Positions 44,481-56,362 of a stretch of DNA of 64,000 nucleotides are shown here, one piece after another. The translations under genes and the position numbers were made by a program. Positions within the stretch are counted from its first letter, which is position 1, and each line of letters opens with the position of its first letter. This DNA comes from Neoechinorhynchus agilis (Eukaryota; Animalia; Acanthocephala): NCBI GenBank assembly GCA_051530055.1, contig CM121341.1:10890784-10954783 (forward strand). Reading direction: 5' to 3'. The notes beneath the pieces were generated by a model. The model made no database searches, was not told the DNA's origin, and was given only the letters and a program-made list of their open reading frames with translations.

Positions 44481-47403
44481 TTGACCGGCCAACAAGTTCA
44501 ATAAATAAACAATTTGGATTTTCTGAATTCTGTACACATGATCAATTGTTCGAAAGTTTTGTCAATTATGATTTTTTTAAAAGTGTAACAATCAAGAAGA
44601 AATAATTCGTAGAATCAAAAGAAATATCGGCGTGAAAATGCATTTGGTATTATTGATTTCGCGTCAAAACGTAATTCTTGCGATAATTTCAACGAATAAT
44701 GTCGCCACCGCATGAGTCTTCGGGTTTTATCATTTTATTTAATGTTCCATATCGAAGCTTGCCTATGTATTTACTTATCTTAAAGCGAATAAAAAACGGA
44801 AAATGACGCTTAAAACAGAATCATATTTAAGAAAATGTCTATAGGGCTCAGCGGAAAATCTTTGATTATTAATATGGAAACATCAATTTAGTTCAAATTA
44901 AATAACTTTTTCTTGATAAACTTTTAAAGTTCATTTGAGCTGCATATAATTTTTTCGGTTGCTATTCTCGCCTATATGTTCGGTTTACCGATTGGAGTTC
45001 ATAAAAGAAACCGAATTAAATTAAAGAGGCTATTAAGCCGGTAAGAGCTTGTAAGCCATATCGGGTATTGGTCATTAATGCGATTTGATTGGGGTTATCC
45101 AATTTCGTTGATCGTTGCAAATTTGATTATAGTTCACGTTTATGACTTTAGACGACGAAAAGACTATTGATTTACAACATTAGTAAGGTACCTAGTTGTA
45201 ATTTACTAAGTTCATTTAGTACCTTGATTACTAGTCTTTTAATTTTTAGAGAATCATCCTTGATTATTGATATAAAAACATCAATGAATTTCAAATTAAA
45301 TAATTTTTTGATCAACTTTTAAAGCTGATCTCAGCTGAGTTTATCGTTTTCGGTTCCTATTCTCATCTATAACTGATTTCACCGAGTTAATCGCAGAGTG
45401 ACTAAAAACTAATCGTGGAAAATATTTAATTTGTTAAGGTTTTAAAAATCAACTTAGCTCTAGCTCATTGACTTATTTTCCCCAATTATTTATTAAAATA
45501 TGTATCCAGTGAATATTTCGGAAGATTTATGATTAAATTGAAATATTTACGCTTTAATCATAAAGAGAAACCCGTTCGGGATGATAGAGTTGGCAACTCT
45601 CGGATAATTTTTTTTATTTAAACGAAACATTTCGTGAGGAAGCCTTGCCTTATTTGTAATTGTTTGAAAGTAGAAGTTTAAAAACGCTTTAATGGTTATA
45701 TTACAAATCAATGTAAGACAATCATTTGATAGAGAAATGGAAAACGAGGTGACTAAAAGCAATTTTATTTCTCGGATTATTATCTTCGGGGGAAAATATA
45801 CTTTCTTTTCTTAGTTTTGCCACTAAGTTCCTTGATATTGACAAACCTTGAAGAAATGCCGGAATTAACGAGAGGCGAAATATATTAGTGAACTCAAATC
45901 AGAGGGGTGGAAAAACTAAGAAAAAGTAAGTCTCTTTTATTTAATATTTCGTCCTTTACTTGTGAGACTTATTCAGGATTGTTAAGCGGGTAAAACACTA
46001 ACAGTTCTGAAGTTCCAATATTAAGCCAAATTTAATCATTTTTATTAATATTGCCACCTGACGTCATCGAATTCGCGAGCATATTTTCTAATCCGAAAGA
46101 ATTCTGTCACTTTACATTTTGTAACCTGTTTGAAGATTGAAATGTTGTTAATGGTTATTTTATAGCGCAGAATTCGCATTATGGCAATCATTTTCCAACC
46201 TTTCTCGCCATCAAGAAAATTCGTGAGTTTTGATCGAGCACCGTAGAACTTTTAACCAAGGTTGGAAATGGAGCCAGAGAATAAACGATTCAGAAAGCCT
46301 CCATTCCCATGGATAAAAATTTAAAGTGCTGAAACAATAATTTTTTATCAAAAGAAAGATTTGAGGCACATTTGGACGGTAGTGTTCATGTGTTTATAAA
46401 TTTATCTTTCATATCCTACAATCCGATGTTTGCTGACTTTTCAATTAATTCCCCAGTAAATGGAAAATATTTGCAAGCTTTGCTTCGTTCTCAAAATAAC
46501 TAAAAACATACATTACCAATCTTCAGAACTTTATATAAAAAGTGAGCCTTCGATTACCCATTATTGCAGAAATTGAACGCTTTTAATGAAAATCAGGCAT
46601 CCATTTCGTTGGTCCGAATCAACAATTTCCATTTGTACTTTGTTCAAAGTTACTTAATGCTCACAAAAGCAATCTTCAAATTTTAACATTACCTTTGTAG
46701 ATTGTGCGTGTTTTTTCTCTTGAGAACACTGAAAAAAGAAGTAAAACTCCGAAATATCGATCCAAAATAATGCTCTATCGTATTTATTTCTGTTGTTTGT
46801 TAACCTCGTATACGTCCAAAGAACTTCAATGGGTTTATGTTGTTCGAAACAACACAGCTCTAAATTCTCTGATCCTCTCGTAGATTTACAAATTTTTTAT
46901 CTAGTACTTTAGAGTTCTTTTAATATTTAAGGGTCAAAGTTCCGGTGGAAACTGAGGAACAGCTTTATTCTCCATCGACGAAATAAAAATAATTGTCTGC
47001 CTTGGGGTTCTCCGTTTTTCCAACCTTGGCTAATAATTCTGCAATGCTTTATCCGACGTCATCAATTGTCTCAATGTCGAGAGGAGGCATTTGTACTTCT
47101 CCCTTTTTCAGTAATTCCCAATATAGTTTTATTAAAAAGGCTACAAGTATAAAAGTCTGGATGATCGTATTTGAGCGATGGTTCTCGTCTTTTATTGTTA
47201 GTCTTTTTATTCAACGTTATCTGCCGGTCATCTTGATTCTGGCAGCAAGTCCCATGTTCCCGCTCAAAAAATATAAAATTCTCACTGCTTAAAAAATACA
47301 AATGAACAAAGATAGATGGATGCTTGACAACGATAGTTTTGTTGAAATACGAAATTGAAATTACAAATAATTGTCATTTATCATTGTCCTAGGGGTAAAT
47401 TTG

Positions 47404-47608
47404 ATTGTACGTTGGCGAATCCTGTCCCCGGTGTTGTAGTTACTCATTTATTTGAGAAATATTTCGCCTCCAGTCTCGATTGCTTGTAAGTTTTAAAATA
47501 TTGGAGAAGCAATAGCGACTGAAGAGGCAAGGAAAACCTTGCGAAATATTTCTCAAATTAATAAGTGAGTAACGACAACACCGGGGACAGGATTCGCCAA
47601 CGTACAAT
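47404..47608. mobile_element. Foldback/MITE-like element with ~65-bp inverted arms
   Basis: ATTGTACGTTGGCGAATCCTGTCCCCGG... and its reverse complement. Confidence 0.85.
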
Positions 47609-47866
47609 TAGAAATTATTATTGCTCCGCGATAATTTAAACAGAAAATTAAACTACACTTCTCGATGAAAACATTATAAACATTCGTCGAATGACCATAA
47701 AAACAGAGTAAAATGCTGAAGCGGAATTTGCGTTTTTTGATGAAAATGGCAAACTCGTTAGCGATTTGACTCCATTGGTGAATCCTAAATTTGAACTTAA
47801 TTGGAAATTTCTCTGTTCAATTCGAATTCGCTCCTGTTTAGACAATGTCATTGTAGATTATTATTA

Positions 47867-48184
47867 ATGAACATGAGTGACCCAAATCTATTGGACGACG
47901 TGGATCTGAGAACCGATGAGGAGTGTCTATCTTCCGATGAAGAGATCGACGCAGTAGAAGTACCAGTAGCCACGACACCTCATGCCATCGAAACTTCCAA
48001 ATGGTTGTCCACGTACGGTTTCAAAGTTCGTAGGCGTGATTTAATGTTGGTTAAAATTCTATCAAACCAACCGACACTTATAAAGATCGAAAAGATAGAC
48101 GCTGTACTCAATCAGACTGAAAAGGTTTTCAGGGAGGTTGAAGATGAAATGCCAAAATGTAAACTGCTTGATTTCTCAGACTAA
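47867..48184 (+). CDS. Hypothetical acidic protein
   Basis: Open frame convergent with the SLC7 gene; no confident family. Confidence 0.4.
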   Translation: MNMSDPNLLDDVDLRTDEECLSSDEEIDAVEVPVATTPHAIETSKWLSTYGFKVRRRDLMLVKILSNQPTLIKIEKIDAVLNQTEKVFREVEDEMPKCKLLDFSD

Positions 48185-48340
48185 ACAAAGTGTTTTATCA
48201 GCCTCTTTAGGTCTAACAACGGATAAGTTAGAATTTGCAAAAGATCTTTAACTTTAAACTAAATTTTAAGAGCTACCCGTCACTTACTCATTATGATAAT
48301 ATTAAGAGATCTGATGAACACACACAAAACGTTCCTGAAT

Positions 48341-50444
48341 TCATTGACACTCGTTTAACGCATCAGGTACGATGCTTTCACTGAATACGGAATAGGTAAG
48401 TTTCTGGATAAAAACGGTAATCCATCTATGTGGGCGTTCAAGAAAGTCGGCAAACGAGGGAATATGTCGCACTATGAAATAACAAATAACACCAGCACCC
48501 ATAATAATGGCACAAATGGCCATTTCTTTGGGCAGCGTAAACAAGCTGACAACAATTATAAAAACGCAGAAAACAAGGAAAACGATTGGGAATATAAGAC
48601 TGGTTCGGGCAGGTCTCGGTTTCGTTGGTTCTTTGTATCTAAGAACAATGACAGCGATTTCGGATAAAGTGATAGTTAAATACTCTGCGAATGCTGCCAC
48701 ATTTATAAGAAAGTAGACGTCCGTGAACAGTATTCGGCGTAATTTTAGACATAAAAATAGATTCGCCGGCGTAAAATCACGCCTGATATTGCGACAATCG
48801 ACAGAATGGCTATGATTATAAGAGAACATATCGGCGTAAAGAATTGCCTACTTACAAGACCGAAGAAATGAGGCATATGTCCATTGCTGGCAGCAGCGTA
48901 CGTTATTCGCGATGTTGTCATGAGTGCTCCGTTCAAAAATCCGAAAGTGGATATTCCAACTGCCACTGACATTACTATTCCGAGTGATGGATGAAGTTTC
49001 TCACCGAACGTAACAGCGACGGCGTTTGACTCGGCCATGTCCGTAGGTGACAAAAGTGCAAAGTATGACACGTTCACTAGGAGGAATATACCGACAACGA
49101 GAAGCATTCCCATTAAGATTGCTCTTGGCAAGTCTCGTTTGACGTCTCGCATTTCTCCAGCCATGAAGTTTAAATAGTTCCAACCAAGGTAACAGTAAAG
49201 TCCGTTATATAGAGCTTGAACGAGCGAGTTAGGTGTTATTCTTGTACCTGTAAAGAAATTCTCGAAATTCTCCGTATTGCCAAGTGCCAGTGCGTATACG
49301 CCCATCCCTATCAATAATAAAAGTATTAGGATTTTGGCTATACTGAAACTGTCGTTGATCCGAGCTGCAAGGCGAACACTCCAACAATTGACTATTGTCA
49401 ATATTAAAATGGAAAGACTTGCGAGAATCAACATTGGGATTGTTGGAATACTACATGGAAATGACGGCTGCAATAGTGCTGACGAATGCTCTTGTTTTTT
49501 GTGGGAAGTATTGGTTAAAATGATTTTAAACCCGTACTCCTTTTGATCAAGGTTCTTTGGAAGTAAATGTTGAGAAGGTATTAATTGTTCTGGCGCAATT
49601 TTTCTCTTAACCTCCCCGCGATATAGATTGATTTATTGTAAATTTTCCCGACCGCATGCAGTCCTCTTCAGACATTGCTTGTAAGTTTTTTAATGTATGA
49701 GTTCGTGCAATGTCTTAAAAGGACCGCACATGCGGTCGAGAAAATTTACAATAAATCAATCAATATCGCGGGGAGGTTAAGAGAAAAGTTGCGCCAGAAC
49801 AATTAATAATTTCATTCCCCCGAATACAATCCAAGAAATGTTGAGAAGTGTATAAAATCAATACCTCATTGGCAAAAAGGCGAATTTTCATACAAATCAA
49901 CTATTATCTCCCAACAGAATCCACTTTCGTTTTTTATTGTGTCAGCTTTCTCTAAAACCCTTTAGATTTTTACGAGATTATCTTCTCGTCTACAGAAATC
50001 CTTCTAGCAGCGAATTATCTCTAAAACCTATCTTCTACAAGCCGCATTCGTCAACGTTTATACATAATTTGCAAAAGTGAGTGCCGCGATGGCATTGCTG
50101 GCCGGAATAACGACAATAATCATTATCCAGGCATACATGAATCCCATGAATGATCCGTAAGTATACTGAATGTACTGATAATCTCCACCACACTCACTAA
50201 GCATTGTTCCGAGTTCTATGTAGGCTTGAGCTCCAAGGATAGAAACCACTCCTGATATCAGCCATATTATCAACGAGAAACCAACACTTCCGCTGAACTC
50301 AGCGATTCCTTTGGGCGAAATGAAAATGCCACTGCCGACCATGGTTCCAATAACTACAAAAGCACCATTCCAAACAGATAAAATCTTTTTTGGGTTCACA
50401 TTTTCATTGTCGATTTTGAGGCCGGTCTGTCCGTCGATATCCAT
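48341..50444 (-). CDS. SLC7-family (L/y+L-type) amino-acid transporter; best exon model 50444-50061, 49473-48787, 48730-48341 (486 aa)
   Basis: GTMVGSGIFISPKG, YIELGT..GGDY.Y, LY.YLGWNYLN...EM, RP.R...IFP..F; subfamily member not resolved. Confidence 0.9.
49581..49806. mobile_element. Foldback/MITE-like element in SLC7 intron 1, TA flanks
   Basis: ~78-bp inverted arms TTAATTGTTCTGGCGCAA...; TA on both sides. Confidence 0.85.
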
Positions 50445-51233
50445 TGTTTGTCAAAAAAGTAGAAGAAAAACGGGGATTAGCTGCTTCTGATCAGCTAAAA
50501 CGATTCGTACGAAAGAAGTGCTTCGAAACTTTAAGAAACGGGTTATATTTCAAGTGTTGAGATCTAGTCGATTAGATATATTTACAATACCTGACTGCAT
50601 AAGTCCAGTGCGACTGGACGAAATATTTCAATATAATTCATTCTTTTTCCCCACCTCCACATAATTCGAAAGCTTTTTACGATTTATGAATGTAGTTTTA
50701 CAATCTGATAAAAACGACAAAATCTAATCGTTTATTTCCGAAGAAACGATCTGCCACCCTTGCCTACCTCTACTTTTTAGACCTGAAGAATAACAATAAT
50801 CTCTATTTTCTGAATCACCAAACAAAATATTAAAATTAGGATAAATCCATTTTCGTGGATGATAGCTTTAATGACTTTAAGGGAAATTATACGATTTCTC
50901 GAGACTGATTGTTTTCTATCGATCGAGATCGTCGAAACTACAGCGATATCTGTGCAGCGCTATGGGCGTTTATTTTTACGATCTCACCCATAACTCACCG
51001 TGGTTAAATCTCACATGTGAAAATTCGTATGTGACAGCGAGAGACAGAGGGCTATGTAAAGACATTTTAGGAGGAATTACAAACAAAAGTGCTACGGTAC
51101 TCTAAAGGTCGCTAGGTGACACATCGTCGAGTGTTCATGCTGAAAAACAATAGCGTTTTTTATCGAAATCCCTGATAGTTTCATTCTTTTTAATATGAAA
51201 TGCTACTTGATTTTCAGGCCGCATGATGGACCC

Positions 51234-51350
51234 AGTTTTGTTTCCGAAAACCGACACTTAAACGGACTGTTGTAATGCGGCGAAAGCTCGAAAATGAAGA
51301 TTTTCTTCATCATTACAACAGCCAAAGTGTCAATTTTCGAAAATAAAACT
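51234..51350. repeat. Small imperfect foldback element
   Basis: Nested inverted segments AGTTTT..GAAAA, GACACTT/AAGTGTC, CTGTTGTAATG/CATTACAACAG. Confidence 0.7.
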
Positions 51351-51829
51351 CTATCATGAATTAGTATCGGTAAAAACGCAATTGAACGTCGACTGTAAAA
51401 AAGAGAGAAAAATATGACCTAATTGAAACTGAGATCATAAATCATTTTTGAATGATATCTCAAATTGAAGATGCGACGGTAATACAGGCAACTTATCGAC
51501 TTGTCTTTAGTTTCTATGAGAAATAGAATGCCATAATTTATAAAAATCCTTCGAACTAATTGCGTATCTTTTATTGCAAAAAAAGCATGTCGGAAACATT
51601 ATTGTTCCCTATAAGCAGCAATATCTCGAGTTTATCCAAATTTAGTTTTTAGTGTAAATATTTTCGGCTTAAAACTTAGCACCTATGATGGCGAAAATGA
51701 ACTGTGGATCACTGGGCACTAATAATGCGGCTTAATTTCCCGCCAAATCTTCATTTCAAAGCTGCTTCATTGTTTCGCATGTACCTCTAACACATAAAAA
51801 TCTAAGATGTATGTCGATTTTGACATTTG

Positions 51830-52653
51830 TCAAAGATATGGATTTCTCTTGCCCAATACCTTAGCGACTGCTTTTAGCATATTATCCTCTTTCATGGATG
51901 TCTCGTCGAATAAAGCATCGCTCTGATCTTCATCCTCTGCTTCACTACCGTCATTGCCTTCATCGTCAACCTTCCACTTTTTAATATTTTCTGGTTTAAC
52001 AAGACCGTTCGGCCCAAGCAAACGGATCCGCATAAGATGGGTTTTAAAGTCCGCGATACTTTGAAAACTACTGCCTACATCGCGACGGAGCAAAGAGCCG
52101 CTTCTATAGTAAAGAATAGTTGGCGTGAAAGCATCCGGATAATTCCGGATGCAAACGGACGCTAAACCGGCGCAGAATTTAATCTCCGGTAGCTCCTGTG
52201 CCATTTTCCGATAAATTGGAAGAAAGTGTTGTGATTTTGTGCACTCTCGTCGATAAATAAGCACAATGACGACCACATTCGTTGGTGCATTATTCACTTC
52301 CTGGACGTAAGTACTTCCTGTGACCTCCTTGACACTGCCGAAAGATGAACGTCTTAGCATTTCAGTCATCTCAGCCATTCTTTTCTCCCTATATTGTTGC
52401 AAAATGCGGTAATCGATTTGGTCTTCCAATTCATCCAGTTCATTAGTACTCATTGCATCTAATCGCCTTTCGATATGTTCGGCTGCAGATTGTTCGACCA
52501 TCTCGACCAATTGGTCGTGATGGATTTCGACTTCGGTTTGTTTTGGACCGATAATACCTCGAGAGCGAAGAATGTCGTTCCATTCCGTATCTTCGTTTGG
52601 ATTCTAAAGGAACAACTCAAGAAATGTATCGAAACAGAAAGGCTTACCTGCAT
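51830..52653 (-). CDS. PDCL3: Phosducin-like protein 2/3 (exon 1 = ATG CAG; GT-AG intron 52604-52647)
   Basis: MQ-NPNEDTEWNDILRSRGII, FGSVKEV..YVQEV, CIRNYPD..PTI. Confidence 0.88.
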
Positions 52654-53465
52654 AGCTCTCTCTATGTGTATTTAGACGATAAATTCTAAAAATGCGACAA
52701 TAGGAGATGGGTATTCGGGAATGATTGGGTTTTTTTAAACAAATTCTCGCATCTACCGAAGCACTCGCACTCAGAAACGTCCTTGTCGCCGTCTTTTTTT
52801 CAGTAGATTTGCAACTTTCTACAATAAAGCATGTCGACTTGGCACTATTCATAAAACTCATGGTTTAAAAGCTTAAATTAGCCGGTATGAACAATGCTAA
52901 CGGATTTTCGACTGTTAGGTATATGCTTTCCATCATGAGCCGGCGACGCAAGCACCCAGTGATGCTCGGCGTACTCTTGTTTTTTCATGTTGCATCCACA
53001 AGCTAAGATATACTTTATTATGCGTAGATCTTTGCGGGTGATGCAAGTACTCGAGAATGTCATAGAAAGATTGCTATAGCGAAGGAGAAGGGAATACATT
53101 GGTTAGAACGTAACAATTGTGGAATGAAGAATTAAAGTTAGATTTTGAGAATTCCATGTTATTTCTAGGAGAACGAAGAGTTTGAAAGGCAATTAAGCGT
53201 TTTTTTGAGACATGAGAACTTAAATAGCACCGTTAGAAAACTTTAAATTTAAGAAATTTTCTAGTTAAATTTAAAATTAAATTCTGAACACTACGTTGTT
53301 GTAAAAGATGTTTCAAAATCTATCTGAATCGAAAAAATTCGTGCTGCATTGAAATTTTAGAGTGAAGGAAAGTCAACACGGACAGTGGGTTTTGTGTATA
53401 TAATAAAGTCACTCATTCGAACTCACCAAACAAAAAAATCTCATGTTTTTGGAGATTAAAATCGT

Positions 53466-54727
53466 TCACGGGGACTCTAGGTGGTAGTTCCAATTACCGT
53501 TTAATAATTCAAAGACAACACGATCGTGTAATCGGTTACTTTGACCTTGCCAGAACTCATACCTCGAAGCAATAACTTTATAGCACATCCTCAATATAAA
53601 TGATAATCGATTGCGCATCGCTAAATGGTGCGTACCAGTAATCCGGTCGTTCAGTTTTCTCTTCTTCAAAATTCTTCTTAAATTCATCCATTTTTTTCTC
53701 AAGTGACTAAACCTAAATAACATTTTTTCTTAATGAATAATGAGACTCACATCGACCGAATCGAACTCGTCATATTCCTGACTGACAACTATAGCTAATT
53801 TGCGTTCATAGGGAACGAATTTCCAATAATGATCACATTCCTTATCTGTCAATCTAACAGCCTCTCCTTTAATTCTAATCTGGTTTTTAACGGTTTTACG
53901 CACCTAATAAAACACTGTTTTTTTTGTACCTGACGTTTCAGCGGAAACCAATAAAAACAACAACTGATAGACAATTGCATCTTATTTTTTAAAATAAGTA
54001 TTTTAGTTGAAATTTGTTGAGATAGAATATAAATAAGTAAATGTTGCTTGTGGATGTCGAAGTTAAAATTGTATTAACGCAAAAAAACATTCTTAAGTAG
54101 TATATAGATTTTTGAAACTCTTTGTGTACTTTTTAAAAAATCATTCGAGATTTTCTTGTTAAATCCAGAACTATTAAAACCGTACAAATTGCAATTCAAG
54201 AGATTAGTCTAAAATTACAACGACAAAAAACGGACACTTAAGATCCTAATTAATTTCAAAAGCTTTTTTTAAGGCTTAACGAAAATGACAGCTTTGAATG
54301 AATGGAAATAAATGACTGCCAGTAGTGATTCTCAAAAAAACATTCAATTTACGGATTTTCGATTTTAGTGCACAACTGATTTGAAAAATTCGAATTGAAC
54401 TATTAAAGCGACGCGGAGAGTTCAAAAGGTTTTTAAAGATACTTAAGCTTAGAATGAAAGATCCTAAGGAATTCTAAAGAAATTCTTGACCCATAAAGAT
54501 GCTTGCCATTGTACAAGTTGGTTCTTTCCAAGTTCCGCTACTTCATATTTTGTGATTTCGAACAGAAATTCCTCTGAATTTTCAAGAAGAGAAGAGAGTC
54601 GAACTCTTGGCTGTTTTTTACGATCTCGAGTAGTTAAATAAAATGAAAAAGCTTCCTTAATGCTACATTTTGACTTTGCATCTTTTAGCCAGTCATTAAA
54701 TATTGCGCAAGGTTTGCATTTGGTCAA
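53466..54727 (-). CDS. PNPO: Pyridox(am)ine 5'-phosphate oxidase-like, divergent, ~4 exons
   Basis: IFNDWLKDA, QIRIKGEA, RPDYW, EFWQGQSNRLHDR; canonical introns inferred. Confidence 0.75.
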
Positions 54728-56362
54728 CTCGGCAATGTTGAGAGTATTGCTCGGATCGTTATATTTTGGGCGTAAATCTGTTCGAAAAACCTAATATTAA
54801 TCAAAATTGAAAACTGAAATAAACACACCGAATAACTTAACCGATTGTCTTCCAAATTCATCCATCTCTAATCAAGGAATCTACAACTTGACCGTCAAAA
54901 TAAAACACGCTTTTCATCAGCTCGCTGAAAGCGCCGTTTAACATTCGAAGAAAACAAGAAGAATTATAGTGAATCTTTATCTGAGTGTTAATAATTTAAA
55001 GAGAAGTTATCAAAGCATTGAACATCAACAAAAAATAGTGACGTTTTCAGTGTTCTATACGAAAGAAATTAAACGTCGATGATGCGAATTGAAGGCTAAC
55101 TGTTGGCTATTTCTGTTTTTTAGATGTTGCAAAAATGTAGTTAGGTCTTTAGTGTATTTTTTCAGAAGCAGGAGATTAAAAATGTGCCTTTCAGAATTTT
55201 ATCCGCTTTTCTTTGCTCAAAACGCCGGGCTTGGTTACGCGGAATTTTGTTCCTGGATGACCTTGGAAGGAAGCACATTTTTCCACACATTTCTGAAAAA
55301 AACGGATTTGCCTGAGATACTTTGAAGACGTACTACTGCCCTACAAGCAGACGTCCTAAGTAAGAAACAATGCACACAACTGGGCGCTAAAGAGTGACGA
55401 CCCGGCGGACTATTTACCCTTCCTGAGTTCGCGATTTAAGGCCGATTGTGCAACCACAAAACCTAGCAAGAAAGCCCTAATCGTTACATTGAGATTCTCA
55501 CCATCGTTGGGCGATGAAACAAGCGATTGAAAATATTTGCTCATCTTTGTCGGAGACTAAAAAGATCTCTACTCAGGGGATAAATCGAATGTTCGCTCAA
55601 AACGGCTACGGGAATCGGTAAGTCGAGAGGCTTAAACGTCGACCAGAATCTTTTGGCGAACATCGCCGAGTAAGAAGGAAAAGAATAGCGATTCCTTACC
55701 GATCCTCGGGGTCCCATTTGTTAGCGAGGGATTCACAAGCGACATGACCAACCTTACAAGCGCTCCTGCAAGAAATAAAGCCCAATTACCACCAGAACGG
55801 ACCTTCCAACCCGACCGGGTATTCCCACCCGCCCGGACTCGTAATCCACTCCACAATCACTAGCCAGATTCTTATCCAATCAGAACTCCAGTGTTTATGA
55901 GGGCCCAAAAAATCCATTGGTCCTCTTAATAAAACGTGTTATTATTATTTTCAAGTGCCGTGAAGTACCCAAGCGAGATACTCTTTGGACCTTTTGCCTG
56001 CGGAATCATTGCCCATCGCGTAAGAGGTGAAATGTGAGACTGAGCGAAGGTGATTGTAAAAAGGAGACGGCCAAAAAGAGACGTTTTATGGTGCTTAACC
56101 AAAGGAATGAGTTAGCCCCATCAATGTCATTTTATAGCATCCTCTCTTAGATTGTTTTTCAGGACCATGAAGAAGGAGTAAAACTTCGAAATATTGGCGT
56201 CGAAAATAAACATTTGTTTCAACCGCGTATAGTGCTGAAATAAAGATAAAAACACTTTTGAGTAATAATTACGATTTGTTTGTACGTTTTCGACTCAGAA
56301 TATTTTGCTGATTCTCAGAAAATTTATTCTACAAATATACTTGAGCAATAACAATGCGGCGA

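Noticed and set aside
46993-47301. Overlapping short ORFs
   Set aside because: Stops in all frames and no recognisable domain
47867-48184. VWA3-like assignment from KWLSTYGFKV
   Set aside because: Only one short motif resemblance; left as hypothetical
52604-53099. Short minus-strand ORFs between PNPO-like and PDCL3
   Set aside because: No recognisable motifs; could be UTR or an unresolved small gene
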